A stretch of 64,000 nt of DNA from positions 800,001-864,000 of the forward strand of contig CAWIIQ010000001.1 of the NCBI GenBank assembly GCA_963836185.1, read 5' to 3'. Below, one piece after another: positions 20,734 through 31,577 of this stretch (its first letter is position 1; each line of letters starts with the position of its first letter). A program made the position numbers and the translations under genes. Source of the DNA: Candidatus Krumholzibacteriia bacterium (lineage in GTDB: Bacteria; Krumholzibacteriota; Krumholzibacteriia; Krumholzibacteriales; Krumholzibacteriaceae). The notes beneath the pieces are model-generated. The model saw only the letters and a program-made list of their open reading frames with translations, did no database searches and had not been told where the DNA came from.

Positions 20734-22851
20734 ATGTTAGGGGAAACTATCTCTCATTATAAGATCCTCTCAGAACTCGGCCGCGGCGGGATGGGTGTGG
20801 TCTATCGGGCCCGCGACACGAAGCTGGGGCGGACTGTGGCCATTAAACTGCTTCCGCAACACCTCCGGGCAGATGAGGAGGCGACCAGGCGATTCATCCA
20901 GGAGGCCAGGGCCGCCTCGGCTCTCGATCACACCAATATCTGCACGATCCACGAGATAGACGAGACGGAAGACGGTTCGACTTTTATCGCGATGGCCTGC
21001 TACGAGGGCAGGACCCTGAGGCAGATGATCGATGAGGGACCTGTAGATATAGCTGAAGCGATCGATATCGCAACCCAGATATCAGCCGGCCTGGCCAAGG
21101 CGCATGAGAACGGGATCGTCCACCGAGACATAAAGCCGTCGAACATCATTATCACATCAGACGGTCACGTGAAGATCCTCGACTTCGGGATAGCAAAGCT
21201 CGAAGGCGCGACAAGGATGACTCGTGAGGGCAGCACGCTGGGCACAGCTGCGTACATGTCACCTGAACAGGCAACCGGTGAGGAGGCAGGCCCCGGGACC
21301 GACGTCTGGGCAACGGGAGTGATCCTCTACGAGATGCTCACAGGAAGGCCACCCTTCGCCGGTGAGCATGAGGCCGCAATGCTCTACGGGATCGTTCACG
21401 AGGAACCGGACAGGCTGCCAGAAGAATTGACAGCTGTAAAGCCTGATATTCAACCACTCATAGACAAGGTCCTCGACAAGGATCCGGCGGCGAGGTTCAA
21501 GGACTCAGGTGAGATGCGGAGGGCGCTGGAGGGATCAATCGGCGGAATCCGGCCGCCCAAAAAGTATCAGAAAAAGTCCATGGGAGAATTCTTCTCGAAG
21601 CCAGCCTTCAGATGGGGCCTTGTCATACTTCTTGTCATCGTGTCCGTATTCATCGTGTTGAAGTGGCAGCAGGGTGGACAGCCGGGCGGTCCCCTGAAGA
21701 TCGCCGTTCTTCCGTTCGCCAACCTTGGATCGTCTGAAGATGAGTATTTTGCAGACGGATTTATGGAGGCTATAAATGCCAGGCTGGGTTCGGTACAGAG
21801 TATCAGGGTGATCGCCCGTCAGTCCGTCATCAGATTCAAGGGGAGCGAGAAGTCGGTCAGAGGAGATATCCGAGGTCCTCGGCGGGATCGACTACATCAT
21901 AAACGGTACCGTGCAGCGTGAACGCCCATCGGATCCATCCAGCAGAGTACGAATCATTCCCGAATTGATACGTGTGAAGGATGGTACTTCAGCCTGGTCA
22001 GATACGTACGATCAGGAGATGGGCGATATATTCGTGATACAATCCGACATCGCAGATAAGATCGCCGCTGCTCTCGACGTCACTCTTCCTGGCTCAGGCG
22101 AAAAGGGTAAGGGACCGGTCCGTACCACGGACCTGAGGGCGTATGAATTTTACCTCAAAGGGCAGGATATCCGTGACCTGTACTATTACGATATTGACAG
22201 GACGCTGGCAGCCAGGGAGATGTTTGAAAAGGCCCTCGAAATCGATCCAGACTATGTTGATGGCCTGGTAGCGCTGGCCACTACCAGCTGCTGGCTTGCC
22301 TTTCAAAGCTATAAGTCTGACAGCATGATGATCAGTGCAAAAGCAGCGATCGACAGAGCTCTGGAACTGGATCCCGGGAATCCGGGAGTGTATCTGGCCC
22401 GCGGCACTTACCATTATGTTTTTTATAAGGATTTTGAAACAGCTCTATCCGATTTCAAGATCGCGCACGAATATGAATCCTTCGTCTGTTGCGGTGCTGA
22501 ATTATCTGGGATGGGCCCAGAGAAGGCTCGGTTTGTGGGATGATGCGAGGGAATCATTGCTGAAAGCCAAGGAACTTGACCCCGGCGAGGTGTCACTGAA
22601 TTTTGTCATAGCAGAACACCTCATTTTCATGAGGCGGTATGGTGAGGCGGAAGAAGTACCTCAAACTGGCCAGGATGCTCTGAACCCGATAACCTGGAAA
22701 ATATTCACGAGACAGATGATGCTGTACCTCAGGGCAGACGGGGCGGTGGACAGGGCGAAGGAACTGCTCTATGAGACGATAAACGGGATGGATTCGGATG
22801 ATATCCTCTATGTCTTTGTCGACAACCCGATGGTGCAGAGGATACTTGTTT
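20734..22851 (+). CDS. Hanks-type Ser/Thr kinase 1: kinase-TM-TolB-like-TPR (frameshifts near 21858 and 22470; C-terminus cut at a fusion junction)
   Basis: LGRGGMGVVY, VAIK, HRDIKPSN, DFG, GTAAYMSPE, a TM helix, IAVLPFANL..EYFADG and TPRs. Confidence 0.85.
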
Positions 22852-25721
22852 TGGGTGTGGTCTATCGAGCCCGGGATACGAAGCTGGGCCGCGAGGTGGC
22901 GATCAAGCTCCTGCCGCCGCACCTCAGCTCCGATCCCGAGGCGGTAAAGAGGTTCGTGCACGAGGCGAAGACCGCCTCTGCGCTGAACCACTCCGCTATC
23001 GGCGTCATCTATGAGATAGACGAGACAGACGACGGCCAGACCTTCATCGCGATGGCCCTCTACGAGGGCGGGACGCTGAGGGAGAAGATCGACAGCGGCA
23101 GCCTGACCACCGGCGAAGCTGCCACGATCGCCTCGCAGATCGCCTCGGGGCTCGCCAGGGCCCACGAGAAGGGGATCGTCCACCGGGACATCAAGCCGCA
23201 GAACATCCTTCTGTCAAGGGACGGCGAGGCGAAGATCATCGACTTCGGCCTGGCGAAGCTCGCCGGCAGGACGAAGCTGACCAGAGAGGGGAGCACGCTC
23301 GGCACCGCTGCCTACATGTCACCCGAGCAGGCGAGGGGTGAGGAGGTCGACCATCGCTCGGACATCTTCTCACTCGGAACGATACTATACGAGATGCTCG
23401 CCGGTGAGCCGCCGTTCAAGGGTGATCACGAGGCGGCGCTGCTCTATGGGATCGTACACGAGGAGCCGGAGGAGGTCTCCGAAAAGTGCGGGGATATCGA
23501 TCCGGATCTGTGTGCTGTCACCGAGAAATCATTGAAGAAGGACAGGGACGAGAGATACCAGTCGGCCGCTGATATGAAGGATGATTTGAATAATATCTGC
23601 GCGACAGGCAATGAACGCGTTAACCGGAGCGGAGCTTCTACCAGTGTGAAAAAGGGTAGAGGAAAAGGCAAGTGGATCGGTATAGCTGCAGCTGTAGTGA
23701 TAGTTGTTGCTGTAATATTATTAATAGTGACCGGGCGCGAGCCCGCACCACTTACAGCTGCGGAGATGTCAGTAGCCGTAGTCGATTTCCGGGGGATATC
23801 TTCCTCTGTTGATACTGTCACCCAGGTGATGCTTAACGAGTTTCTCAATACTGCTCTGATAGATAACTGTCCGATTCGTGTGCAGAGCCCCGAGTGGGTA
23901 CGAGAATGTCGAAGGCAGCTGTTCGGATCGACAATTTCACGGATAGAAGAAGGACAAGTGCTCGATATCGCGAGAAGGAGCAAGGCAACATATGTCCTGG
24001 CGGGCAGTATAGGCATAATTGACGGTGAGAGGATCATCAACTGGAGATTGATCGATGTCAGCAGCGGGGATGGGATAGCAGCTGGTAACATCAGGACGGG
24101 AAAACTGGATGCAATGGTCGATGAACTGGTCGGGAATGTGGTATTGGAACTCGTCGGCCTGTCGGGACATGAAGAGCCAGTCGAACAGGTGCCGGTAAAT
24201 GAGATCACTACCGCCTCGACCGCTGCTTACGAGCATTACGTTACCGGTATGCAGCTGAGAATCGAAGGCCGCTATCAAGAGGCGGTTGATGAATTAACTC
24301 TCGCCGTATCGAAGGACCCGACATTCGCTCTCGCATACCTCAATCTGGCCAAATGTTATTTTGGATCCGGAGTTGTAATCCCCGACATAGTTCTCGCGAG
24401 ACGATACGCCGAAGCGGCCTGGAAGAACGTAGATCGACTCGGTGTCAAGGATGGGCTTTTTCTCAAGGCATTTCAGCACGGACTCGATTACGAGTTGAAG
24501 AGTGAGCTCGACACCCTTCGAGAAATCATCAAACGTTGGCCCGACGACCGTCAGGCACTTGGTACCCTGGAGGAGAAAGCGTTCTGGTGGTGGGATTCGA
24601 GGACGGTTATTGAAACGGCACAACAAGGCATACGCCTTTATCCCGACGATCCATCGATCGGGGGCATTACCTATTGTCAGACACTGATGGATCTCGGCCG
24701 TTATGAAGATGGATATCATGCGAGCAAATCGTTCACCGGACGATTCCCGGACAATCCCAACGGATGGGATGTGCTGGCGATGAGCTACCTTTCACTGGGA
24801 TATCCCGATAGCGCGAATATCACTATGCAAAAAGTCTTAGAGATCGACCCGGAGTGGGGTGGCTGGGGTACATTCGGAATAGATATCCGGTCCGTATGCT
24901 CGTATCACTCGGGGAATCTGGACGATGCGATTTCTGGCGCTGAGAATGCCAGCTTCGCTGCCGATATTTCTGATGAAGAGCGATTAAATCTTATGACTAA
25001 CTTCACACATAACAGAATGCTTCCTGCGCTCTATTATGAGGCTGGTCGCTACGCCGAGGCGGTCAAGAGTATTGAAGATGCACAGCGGTACGTCGGGGAA
25101 GATCCCTCGTACTGGAAGTATCAGATGGGATCGGTATTGACAGCAGTGGGTTTCGGGGAACAGGCCCTCGAAATAGCACACGAACTGGAAAAGAGCGACG
25201 AAGTCCGCTCACGTATCTTCGCCATCCGGTTCAAAGGGCACGCACAGGTGGCGACGGGAGACCTTGACGGAGCGCGGGCTACGGTTGAAAGAGTACGCGA
25301 GCTGACCGGGACGATGGGGCCATGGATGTGGTTTCACGTCTACAGAATCGAGGCGGACATTGCGCTTGCGAGTGACAATGCGGATGCCGCACTTGAAGCA
25401 CTCCACTCTATGTGTAGGCTCAACTATGGTCCGTTCTCGGGAATGCTCCACGTTGATTCCTATGACATGCTCGCCAGAGCAAACCACATGGCCGGTAATC
25501 TCGAGGAGTCCGTTTCGATAAATGAGAAGATACTCCATGTGTTTGGCGGGCATGCACTGTCGCATTACGAACTGGGCAAGCTGTACGAGGAATTGGGCAG
25601 GCCTGACGAAGCGAGGCTGCATTACGAGAGATTCCTCGAGATGTGGAAGAATGCCGACGATGGGCTGCGGCAGCCGGAGCACGCGAGGGCGAGGCTGGCG
25701 GCGCTGAAGGGGCAGATCTAG
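22852..25721 (+). CDS. Ser/Thr kinase 2 (kinase-TM-sensor-TPR) lacking its first ~20 residues, fused in frame to kinase 1
   Basis: Begins abruptly at GVVYRARDTKLGREVAIK. HRDIKPQN, DFG, YMSPE, TM WIGIAAAVVIVVAVILLIV and a long TPR tail. Confidence 0.82.
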
Positions 25722-25736
25722 AAGCTCGGCGAGGGC

Positions 25737-25937
25737 GGGGTGATCGAGAGCAGAGGCGGTTTTCGCTTCGTGAATGAACCGCGTTTTGGCTGTCTCGTCG
25801 GACACACGTTCACGCTTGAGAAACTTGATGGCCACCGGCCGGTCCAGGCGAAGGTCCCTTTCCTTGTAGACAACACCCATCCCACCTTCGCCCATGCGTT
25901 CAGTGATCTCGTAATGGGAAATCGTCTGTCCAAGCAT
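25737..25937 (-). pseudogene. Truncated Ser/Thr kinase 3 (first 67 aa, N-lobe only)
   Basis: MLGQTISHYEITERMGEGGMGVVYK...VAIKFL...RFIHEAKTASALDHP, then runs antisense into the kinase 2 end. Confidence 0.85.
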
Positions 25938-25997
25938 ACCAGGGACTTTATCAGCTTATTCCTGAGGTGAATAGAAGAAAAAAACAGGAGAGGATCA

Positions 25998-28900
25998 TCA
26001 TCGCGCGATGAGTTTTATCTCTGTCGTTCTGTGCTCTCCGGCGCGGATATATTCCAGCGGCACCACATCTTCGGGCTTGAATGATCTCAACGCGGCTGCG
26101 TAGGTCTTCAGGTCGGTGATCTCATGATCCCCCAGCTTTACTATGATATCGCCTTTTTTCAGGCCTGCTTCTGCAGCCGGTGAATCAGGTGAGGGTTCTC
26201 CTATCTTTACGCCTTTACCCGAGTATGAGAAATCAGGCATGGTCCCGGCGGTGGCTTTTCTCTCGCCACCGGTGCCCTGCTTTTCCGTTTCTCCCTTTTT
26301 GCCGGCGAAGGAGAGGGGCTCTTCTCTCTCGGCAAGATAGGCGATACCCTCGCGGACAAAACTGGCGACCTTCACCAGGCCGTGCCCGTCGACCTTGTCG
26401 GCTGTATCCGAGGGTCGATGATAGTCCCTGTTTGCTCCCGAGAAGATCTGGACCCCGGGGACTCCAGCGGCGATAAAGCTTCGCTGGTCGCTCGCGTCGA
26501 GGTCCTGGGTTACCATCTCCGATTCCACGCCGCTTACGTACCCGGCCCCCATGAAGATGAATTTCCACTCCCGCGCGCTCGAACTGTCGAGGACGAGCAG
26601 CTTGTCGTCGCCGAGGCGGCCGACCGTATCTAGATTTATCACGCCCATCACCTTGCCGGCCGGGTACTCTTTCATCTGTTTTACGTAATATTCCGAGCCG
26701 TGCTTGCCGGTCTCCTCGGCGCTGAAGGCAGCGAAGATGATACTGCGTTCGGGTTTCATGGTCCTGTTCAGTACGGTCGCCAGCTCCAGCATGACAGCGA
26801 CTCCGCTCGCGTTGTCGTCGGCGCCGGGGTGGATCCTGCCGATATTTTCCGACGCGGCGCCGGGCCATCCAAGGCCGAGGTGATCGTAGTGGGCACATAC
26901 CACGACTGATTCGCCGGCGTAGTCGGGGTTGGATCCCGGCATCACCGCTACGATATTTTTCGTGAGGCTTTTATTACCATCGGCATCGATGACAGTCTCG
27001 AACTGTTGGAACCAGCTGCCGCTGTCTCCCGCAGGTGTCAGTCCTGCTTCCTTGAATTTATCCGCGATGTATTCGGCGGCTTTCTCCAGACCTTCAGAGC
27101 CCAGGCCACGGCCCTGCAGCTCATCGCTCGCCAGGTACTCTACGTGCTTCATCATGCGCTGAGAGGAGAAGGGTGGAGGCAGCTGCGCGAGCGCCGGGCG
27201 AGGTGACAGGGCTGTAGATATATTTTCATGCCTGTCACCGCTGGGCGTCTTGACCTCGATGGTCAGGGGGGAGCCGACTGCGGGCCACTGGCCTTTTACG
27301 ATATTGGACGGTTCCGTTCCGGTGAAAGCGAGATAGCTGTATTTCCCGTAATGCAGCAGTTTCCGGGAAAGACCGCCGACAGCTTCGGCGTTATCCATCG
27401 TCAGCCACGCGATCACTGAGCCCGGATCGGCCGGATGCCGTCACTGCGGCGATGACGCAGTTATCATCGAGTTCGAGGGTCGTTCTGCCGAAGCGGACAG
27501 ATTTCCCGCTTATAGAGACATCGTAATTCTTCAGGCCCGCTTCTATCAGGCCGCGGAATGTATTATCATCGCCAAAGACCCAGACCTGCCTGTCTGCAGG
27601 CAGCTCGGAGAAGTCGCTGTCCAGGGCGACCTCGATCTCCTTCGTCCCGTCCCCGGCCCATATCTCCGCCAGCTGTCTGTACCTGTCCATCTCCGGTCCT
27701 TGAGCCGCTGAAGGCAGGAGGATAAGGATCCTTTCGGAGCCGTAGATCCTCGAAAGCGCAGGCGGGATCTCATTATGATGCAGCCTTCGGAAGAGGTTGA
27801 ACTGGGGGTCGACACGGACCAGCAGCGGATATTCCGGGAATTTCATCTCGAAATCCTGCTTTCTGCCGTTCAGCCTGACGTTACTCATCTCGACCTTGTC
27901 GATGAACGAGATGGCCACAGGGACATTTAGCTCGAAGAGATCCTCGTCCTGGACCTGCTCCAGTGTGAAGCCCAGGCTGTATCCATCATTCGTCTCTTTG
28001 AACTTTACATTGGAGACGTTCAGCTCCGGCGCGCCGGCGCGGCCGATCCACTGGCTGAAGAAGGGGCCGAGGTCCTTTCCGCTGACCTCTTCGAAGGCAG
28101 AGCGGATGTCGCCGAACGACGCGGACCGGAATTTGTTGTCAGAATAGAATCTCTGAAATCCCTCGACGAACTTCCTGTCGCCGACTTCCTCGCGGAGCAT
28201 GTTCCAGACCATCGAGCATTTCCCGTAACCGACGGCCTCCGAGGCGGCGTCATGGCGCGACACGAATTCATTGAGCGGAAAATCGCTCTCGGGCGTCACG
28301 TAATCGGTATACTTCTGGAGGGTGGAGCGGCGATAGTCGTCAGCCTGGCCGCGCTGTTCCTTGATCAGATGATCAGCCATGTATGCCGTGATGCCTTCGC
28401 ACCAGTTGCCCGTCTCGAAATCGACATAAACGCTGTTGCCCCACCAGTTGTGCAGCAGCTCGTGCGGATACGACGAATGCAGGATGAACGGAAAACGAAT
28501 GACCTGTTCTCCGAGCAGGGTGAAGGAAGGCATCCCGTACCCTGTCTCCCAGAAATTCTCGACCAGGGCGAATTTCGAGAAGGGGTACGGCCCCACCAGT
28601 TTTTCGTACATGGCAAGGTACTGGGAGGTAGTCTCGATATACTTGCTGGCCAGGTTCTCGTCGGGCGTGCGCAGGAACGCCATAACGTCCACCGCTCCGG
28701 CCTTGTCGGCGTACACCGTGAACGGGGCCGCGATGAGGAAGATCTCCTCCATCTGCTCGGGGGATTCCCAGCTGACGACACGCTTGCCTTCCTGTGTTTC
28801 GTGCTGCGTCCGCCTTCCCTGGCTGACCACGTCCCATGATGGAGGTACTACGGCGGTCAGATCGAAGGTGATCAGCCGGTCGTCGAACCGGGGGATCCAG

Positions 28901-29382
28901 AAGGTCGAGCCTGCCAGGTAAACGCCCCTTTCCTCGATCAGTCCCGGTGTCTGGCTGAAGCTTCTCGCGTATTCCTCGCCCAGCTGTTCGATCGGGTAGA
29001 ATATCGTGCCGTGGAACCTCAGCGTGAAGGTGACATCGCCTTCTGTATCTCCGAAGTCGATCGAGTACATGTTCTGGAGGATCGTCGAGGATCCCTCGAG
29101 ATCCTCCTTGTCCATACCGACATCTTTGCCCATGATCCCGGCAGTGTCGAGCCTGACCGTTACACCGGGTGTTTCCGAGATTACCGTCAGATCTCCGGCC
29201 AGCGTGAAATGAGTGATGGAGCCGGCAATATCCGCCGGGATCGTGATGACGTCCGTCGCCTCGAGGGTGTTAGCGGCGGGATCGATCTTCGCGGTCACTT
29301 TGTGATGGATGGCCGGACCGGCGGCAAGAGCGGAACCTGTCATCACCAGGACAAGTATCGATGCTATTGAATGTCTCATCAT
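25998..29382 (-). CDS. Secreted multidomain aminopeptidase M1 + M28 + PDZ (frameshift near 27440)
   Basis: GYGMPS, HELLHNWWG..EG, YGK (M1). AHYDHLG, GADDNASG, AEETG, SD, YH (M28). C-terminal PDZ SPAAEAGLKKGD. Removing one base gives AVRHPADPGSVIAW across the break. Confidence 0.88.
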
Positions 29383-30371
29383 GCTTTCTTCAGCTTCTCC
29401 CTGATACTTTCGACCAGCTCTTTCGACCCGACGTAAAGCGCCGTACGCTGGTGCGGCTCCTCTGGGGTGATCTCGAGGATGTCGTTTCCTTCTTCGTCTA
29501 TGGCCATTCCGCCAGCTTCCCTCGCTATGAACGCTGCTACATTCGCCTCGTAGAGAAGGCGCAGTTTTCCTTTCGGGCGGTTCTTCGAGGCGTCGGGGTG
29601 ATTGACGATGGCGGGATACATGAACATCCCGCCGTTTGAGAGAAGGCGGTGGAAATCGGCGGCGAGGGCGCCCATGTACCGGAAGGCGTACTTCGGTTCA
29701 TTCTCGGCGATCCATTCCCGGACCTGCGGGATGAACGTCCCGCGATTCGAGGAGTTGAACGAGAGTTCCCAGCTCCTGGTTTCCTCCGGCATCATGAGCC
29801 GCTCGGCATTCTCCGGGATAACGTACGTCATCGTCTCGTCCATATGGAACCGGAATACGCCCGTGTCGGCCAGCGCGATGGTGAAGACGCCGTTGGGGAT
29901 CAGATAGATCCCGGCCGCGCGCAGCTCGGAGCCCTTGCGCAGGTGGTTGTCCTCGGGGCCGTCGAGGTTGCGTTTGCCGATGGCGAACATGAAGCCGACG
30001 GGGAGGTTGTGCTTTATGTTGCTCGAGCCGTCGAGCGGGTCGTAGTAGACGAAGTAGCGGCCGCCCTCCTCATTGAGGATGACCGGGTCGGCCTCTTCCT
30101 CGGTGATCGCGCAGATCACCTGCTCGGAGCGTTCGAGATAGTGCAGGACGATCGAGTCGGCGATGTCGTCCATCTTCATCACGCTCTCGCCCTGGACATT
30201 GACGACTCCCGCCTCGCACATGAGGTTCTTCATCGATCCGGTCTGGTAGAAGTACTGGATATACTTCGCCGCCGCCTGGAGCGCTTCCATGAGAACGAGG
30301 AACCTGTAGCTGCGATTGTGGCGCTGCTGGTGGTGGAGCATGAAATCCATGAAGCTCTGTTCAAGTTTCAT
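29379..30371 (-). CDS. fbp: Fructose-1,6-bisphosphatase class I
   Basis: NVQGE..KMD, DPLDGSSN, RYMGALAADFHR, GKLRLLYEAN and HQRT. Confidence 0.93.
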   Translation of the reverse strand: MKLEQSFMDFMLHHQQRHNRSYRFLVLMEALQAAAKYIQYFYQTGSMKNLMCEAGVVNVQGESVMKMDDIADSIVLHYLERSEQVICAITEEEADPVILNEEGGRYFVYYDPLDGSSNIKHNLPVGFMFAIGKRNLDGPEDNHLRKGSELRAAGIYLIPNGVFTIALADTGVFRFHMDETMTYVIPENAERLMMPEETRSWELSFNSSNRGTFIPQVREWIAENEPKYAFRYMGALAADFHRLLSNGGMFMYPAIVNHPDASKNRPKGKLRLLYEANVAAFIAREAGGMAIDEEGNDILEITPEEPHQRTALYVGSKELVESIREKLKKA

Positions 30372-30533
30372 CGGCTGATCCTCTCCGCCTGATATGTTTT
30401 GTTCCGTTCATCTCTTTGAAATCAGAGTCCTGTGTCCAGAGTATAGCATCATTGGGAGTGGGACCATCAAATTAATTATGTGATTACATTAACTGAAATA
30501 TATAGTTAGCGGTTTTTTTATGAGGGCTTCACT

Positions 30534-30569
30534 TTTCGGGTTGACTTTCGGTTTTTGTTCGGGTACGCT
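30534..30569 (+). promoter_or_regulatory. sigma70 promoter of lexA with overlapping TTCGG direct repeats (candidate SOS box)
   Basis: TTGACT (30541-46)-N17-TACGCT (30564-69). TTCGG at 30535, 30547 and 30558, including TTTC-N7-GTTC in the spacer. Confidence 0.65.
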
Positions 30570-30580
30570 TCGGGAGAAGA

Positions 30581-30659
30581 TGAAGCAGCCATGCGGCCGG
30601 GGGTTTTCATCACCACCCCCCTCCCCATTTTTGCCCCAGACTCCCGGCCCGTTGCTTCA
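30581..30659 (+). ncRNA. Structured 5' leader of lexA (long hairpin with C-rich loop)
   Basis: TGAAGCAGC (30581-89) pairs with GTTGCTTCA (30651-59). GGCCGGGGGT (30595-604) pairs with ACTCCCGGCC (30640-49). The loop contains CCCCCCTCCCC. Confidence 0.5.
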
Positions 30660-30675
30660 CTCAGACAGGAGAGAG

Positions 30676-31281
30676 ATGACTTACCTGACAAAACGCCAGA
30701 GAGAGATACTAGAATTCATAAAGGGCTTCCAGGAGAGCGAAGGCTACTCGCCGTCGCTCGAGGAGATCGCCGCCCACTTCGGGCTCTCGGCAGTAAGCAC
30801 GGTACACGAGCACCTGAGCAATCTCGAGAACAAGGGGCTGCTCAGGCGCGGGTGGAACAGGTCGAGATCGATAGAGCCCCTCTCTGAGGGGGGCGGGTTT
30901 GAGGTGCCGCTCGCCGGGATGGTGGCGGCAGGTTCACCGATAGAGGCGATCGAGATTCCGGAGAGCGTGGCGCTTCCCCCCGGTTTTACCGGCAGGGGGG
31001 AGACGTTCGCCCTCAGGGTCCGCGGCATGTCGATGACAGGCGACGGGATCCTCGATGGCGATATCATCGTCGTCGAGAAACGCGAGCGGGCCGAGAACGG
31101 GGCGCTTGCGGTCGTGCTGGTCGACGGTGCGGAAGCTACGGTCAAACGCTTCTATCGCAGCGGCGGGAGAGTCACGCTCCGGCCATCCAACCCGGAGATG
31201 GAAGATATCGTGCTTTCGGCAGACAGGGTCGAGATAAGCGGTGTGGTGGTGGGATTGCTGAGAAGCTACCGGACGTTCTGA
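30676..31281 (+). CDS. lexA: LexA repressor
   Basis: LTKRQREILEFI, PSLEEIA..FG..STV..HL..LE.KG, VAAG cleavage site, GMSM Ser and VKR Lys. AGGAG RBS before ATG 30676. Confidence 0.95.
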   Translation: MTYLTKRQREILEFIKGFQESEGYSPSLEEIAAHFGLSAVSTVHEHLSNLENKGLLRRGWNRSRSIEPLSEGGGFEVPLAGMVAAGSPIEAIEIPESVALPPGFTGRGETFALRVRGMSMTGDGILDGDIIVVEKRERAENGALAVVLVDGAEATVKRFYRSGGRVTLRPSNPEMEDIVLSADRVEISGVVVGLLRSYRTF

Positions 31282-31325
31282 CCGGGCGTTACGGGCGGAA
31301 GACTCATTAAAACAGGAGAACAGGG

Positions 31326-31544
31326 ATGTCCCTTGTCTATCGCAGGGTCGATAAGGTCCTTTCCGGCAATGCCGCCGGCGAGGTATGTGAGGGCGACTGT
31401 CTTCTGCTTGAAACGGCGGGGGAGCCGGGAAAGGGTGAGCTCGCTCTGGTAAGGCACGACGGGATCGAGTCGCTATGCCGGTGGGACGGGGAGTGGTCCG
31501 AGGAGATACTGGGGATCGTCGTGGGAATAAGGAGAAAACCGTAA
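31326..31544 (+). CDS. 72-aa protein resembling a stripped LexA/UmuD (S24) C-terminal domain without catalytic residues
   Basis: EGDCLLLE..GELALVRHDG.E..R...EILGIVVGIRR aligns by eye with adjacent LexA DGDIIVVE..GALAVVLVDGAE..KR...EISGVVVGLLR. AGGAG RBS. Confidence 0.7.
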   Translation: MSLVYRRVDKVLSGNAAGEVCEGDCLLLETAGEPGKGELALVRHDGIESLCRWDGEWSEEILGIVVGIRRKP

Positions 31545-31577
31545 GCGGCTCATGTCTTGGACAGGAGGTAAGAGATC

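Noticed and set aside
25209-25937. 242-aa kinase ORF as a complete gene
   Set aside because: Only the first 67 aa are kinase-like. The rest is antisense read-through of kinase 2.
13404-26000. Prophage, integron or IS-bounded island
   Set aside because: No integrase, transposase, phage gene, attC-like site or terminal repeat was recognised, despite signs of deletion and gene turnover.
30490-30508. TAACT-N9-AGTTA palindrome as an E. coli-type SOS box or dif site
   Set aside because: It does not fit CTG-N10-CAG or the XerC/XerD arm layout, and is probably an AT-rich upstream element.
30520-30675. N-terminal 52-aa extension of LexA in the ORF track
   Set aside because: It spans the promoter and hairpin. 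The RBS and LexA homology begin at ATG 30676.
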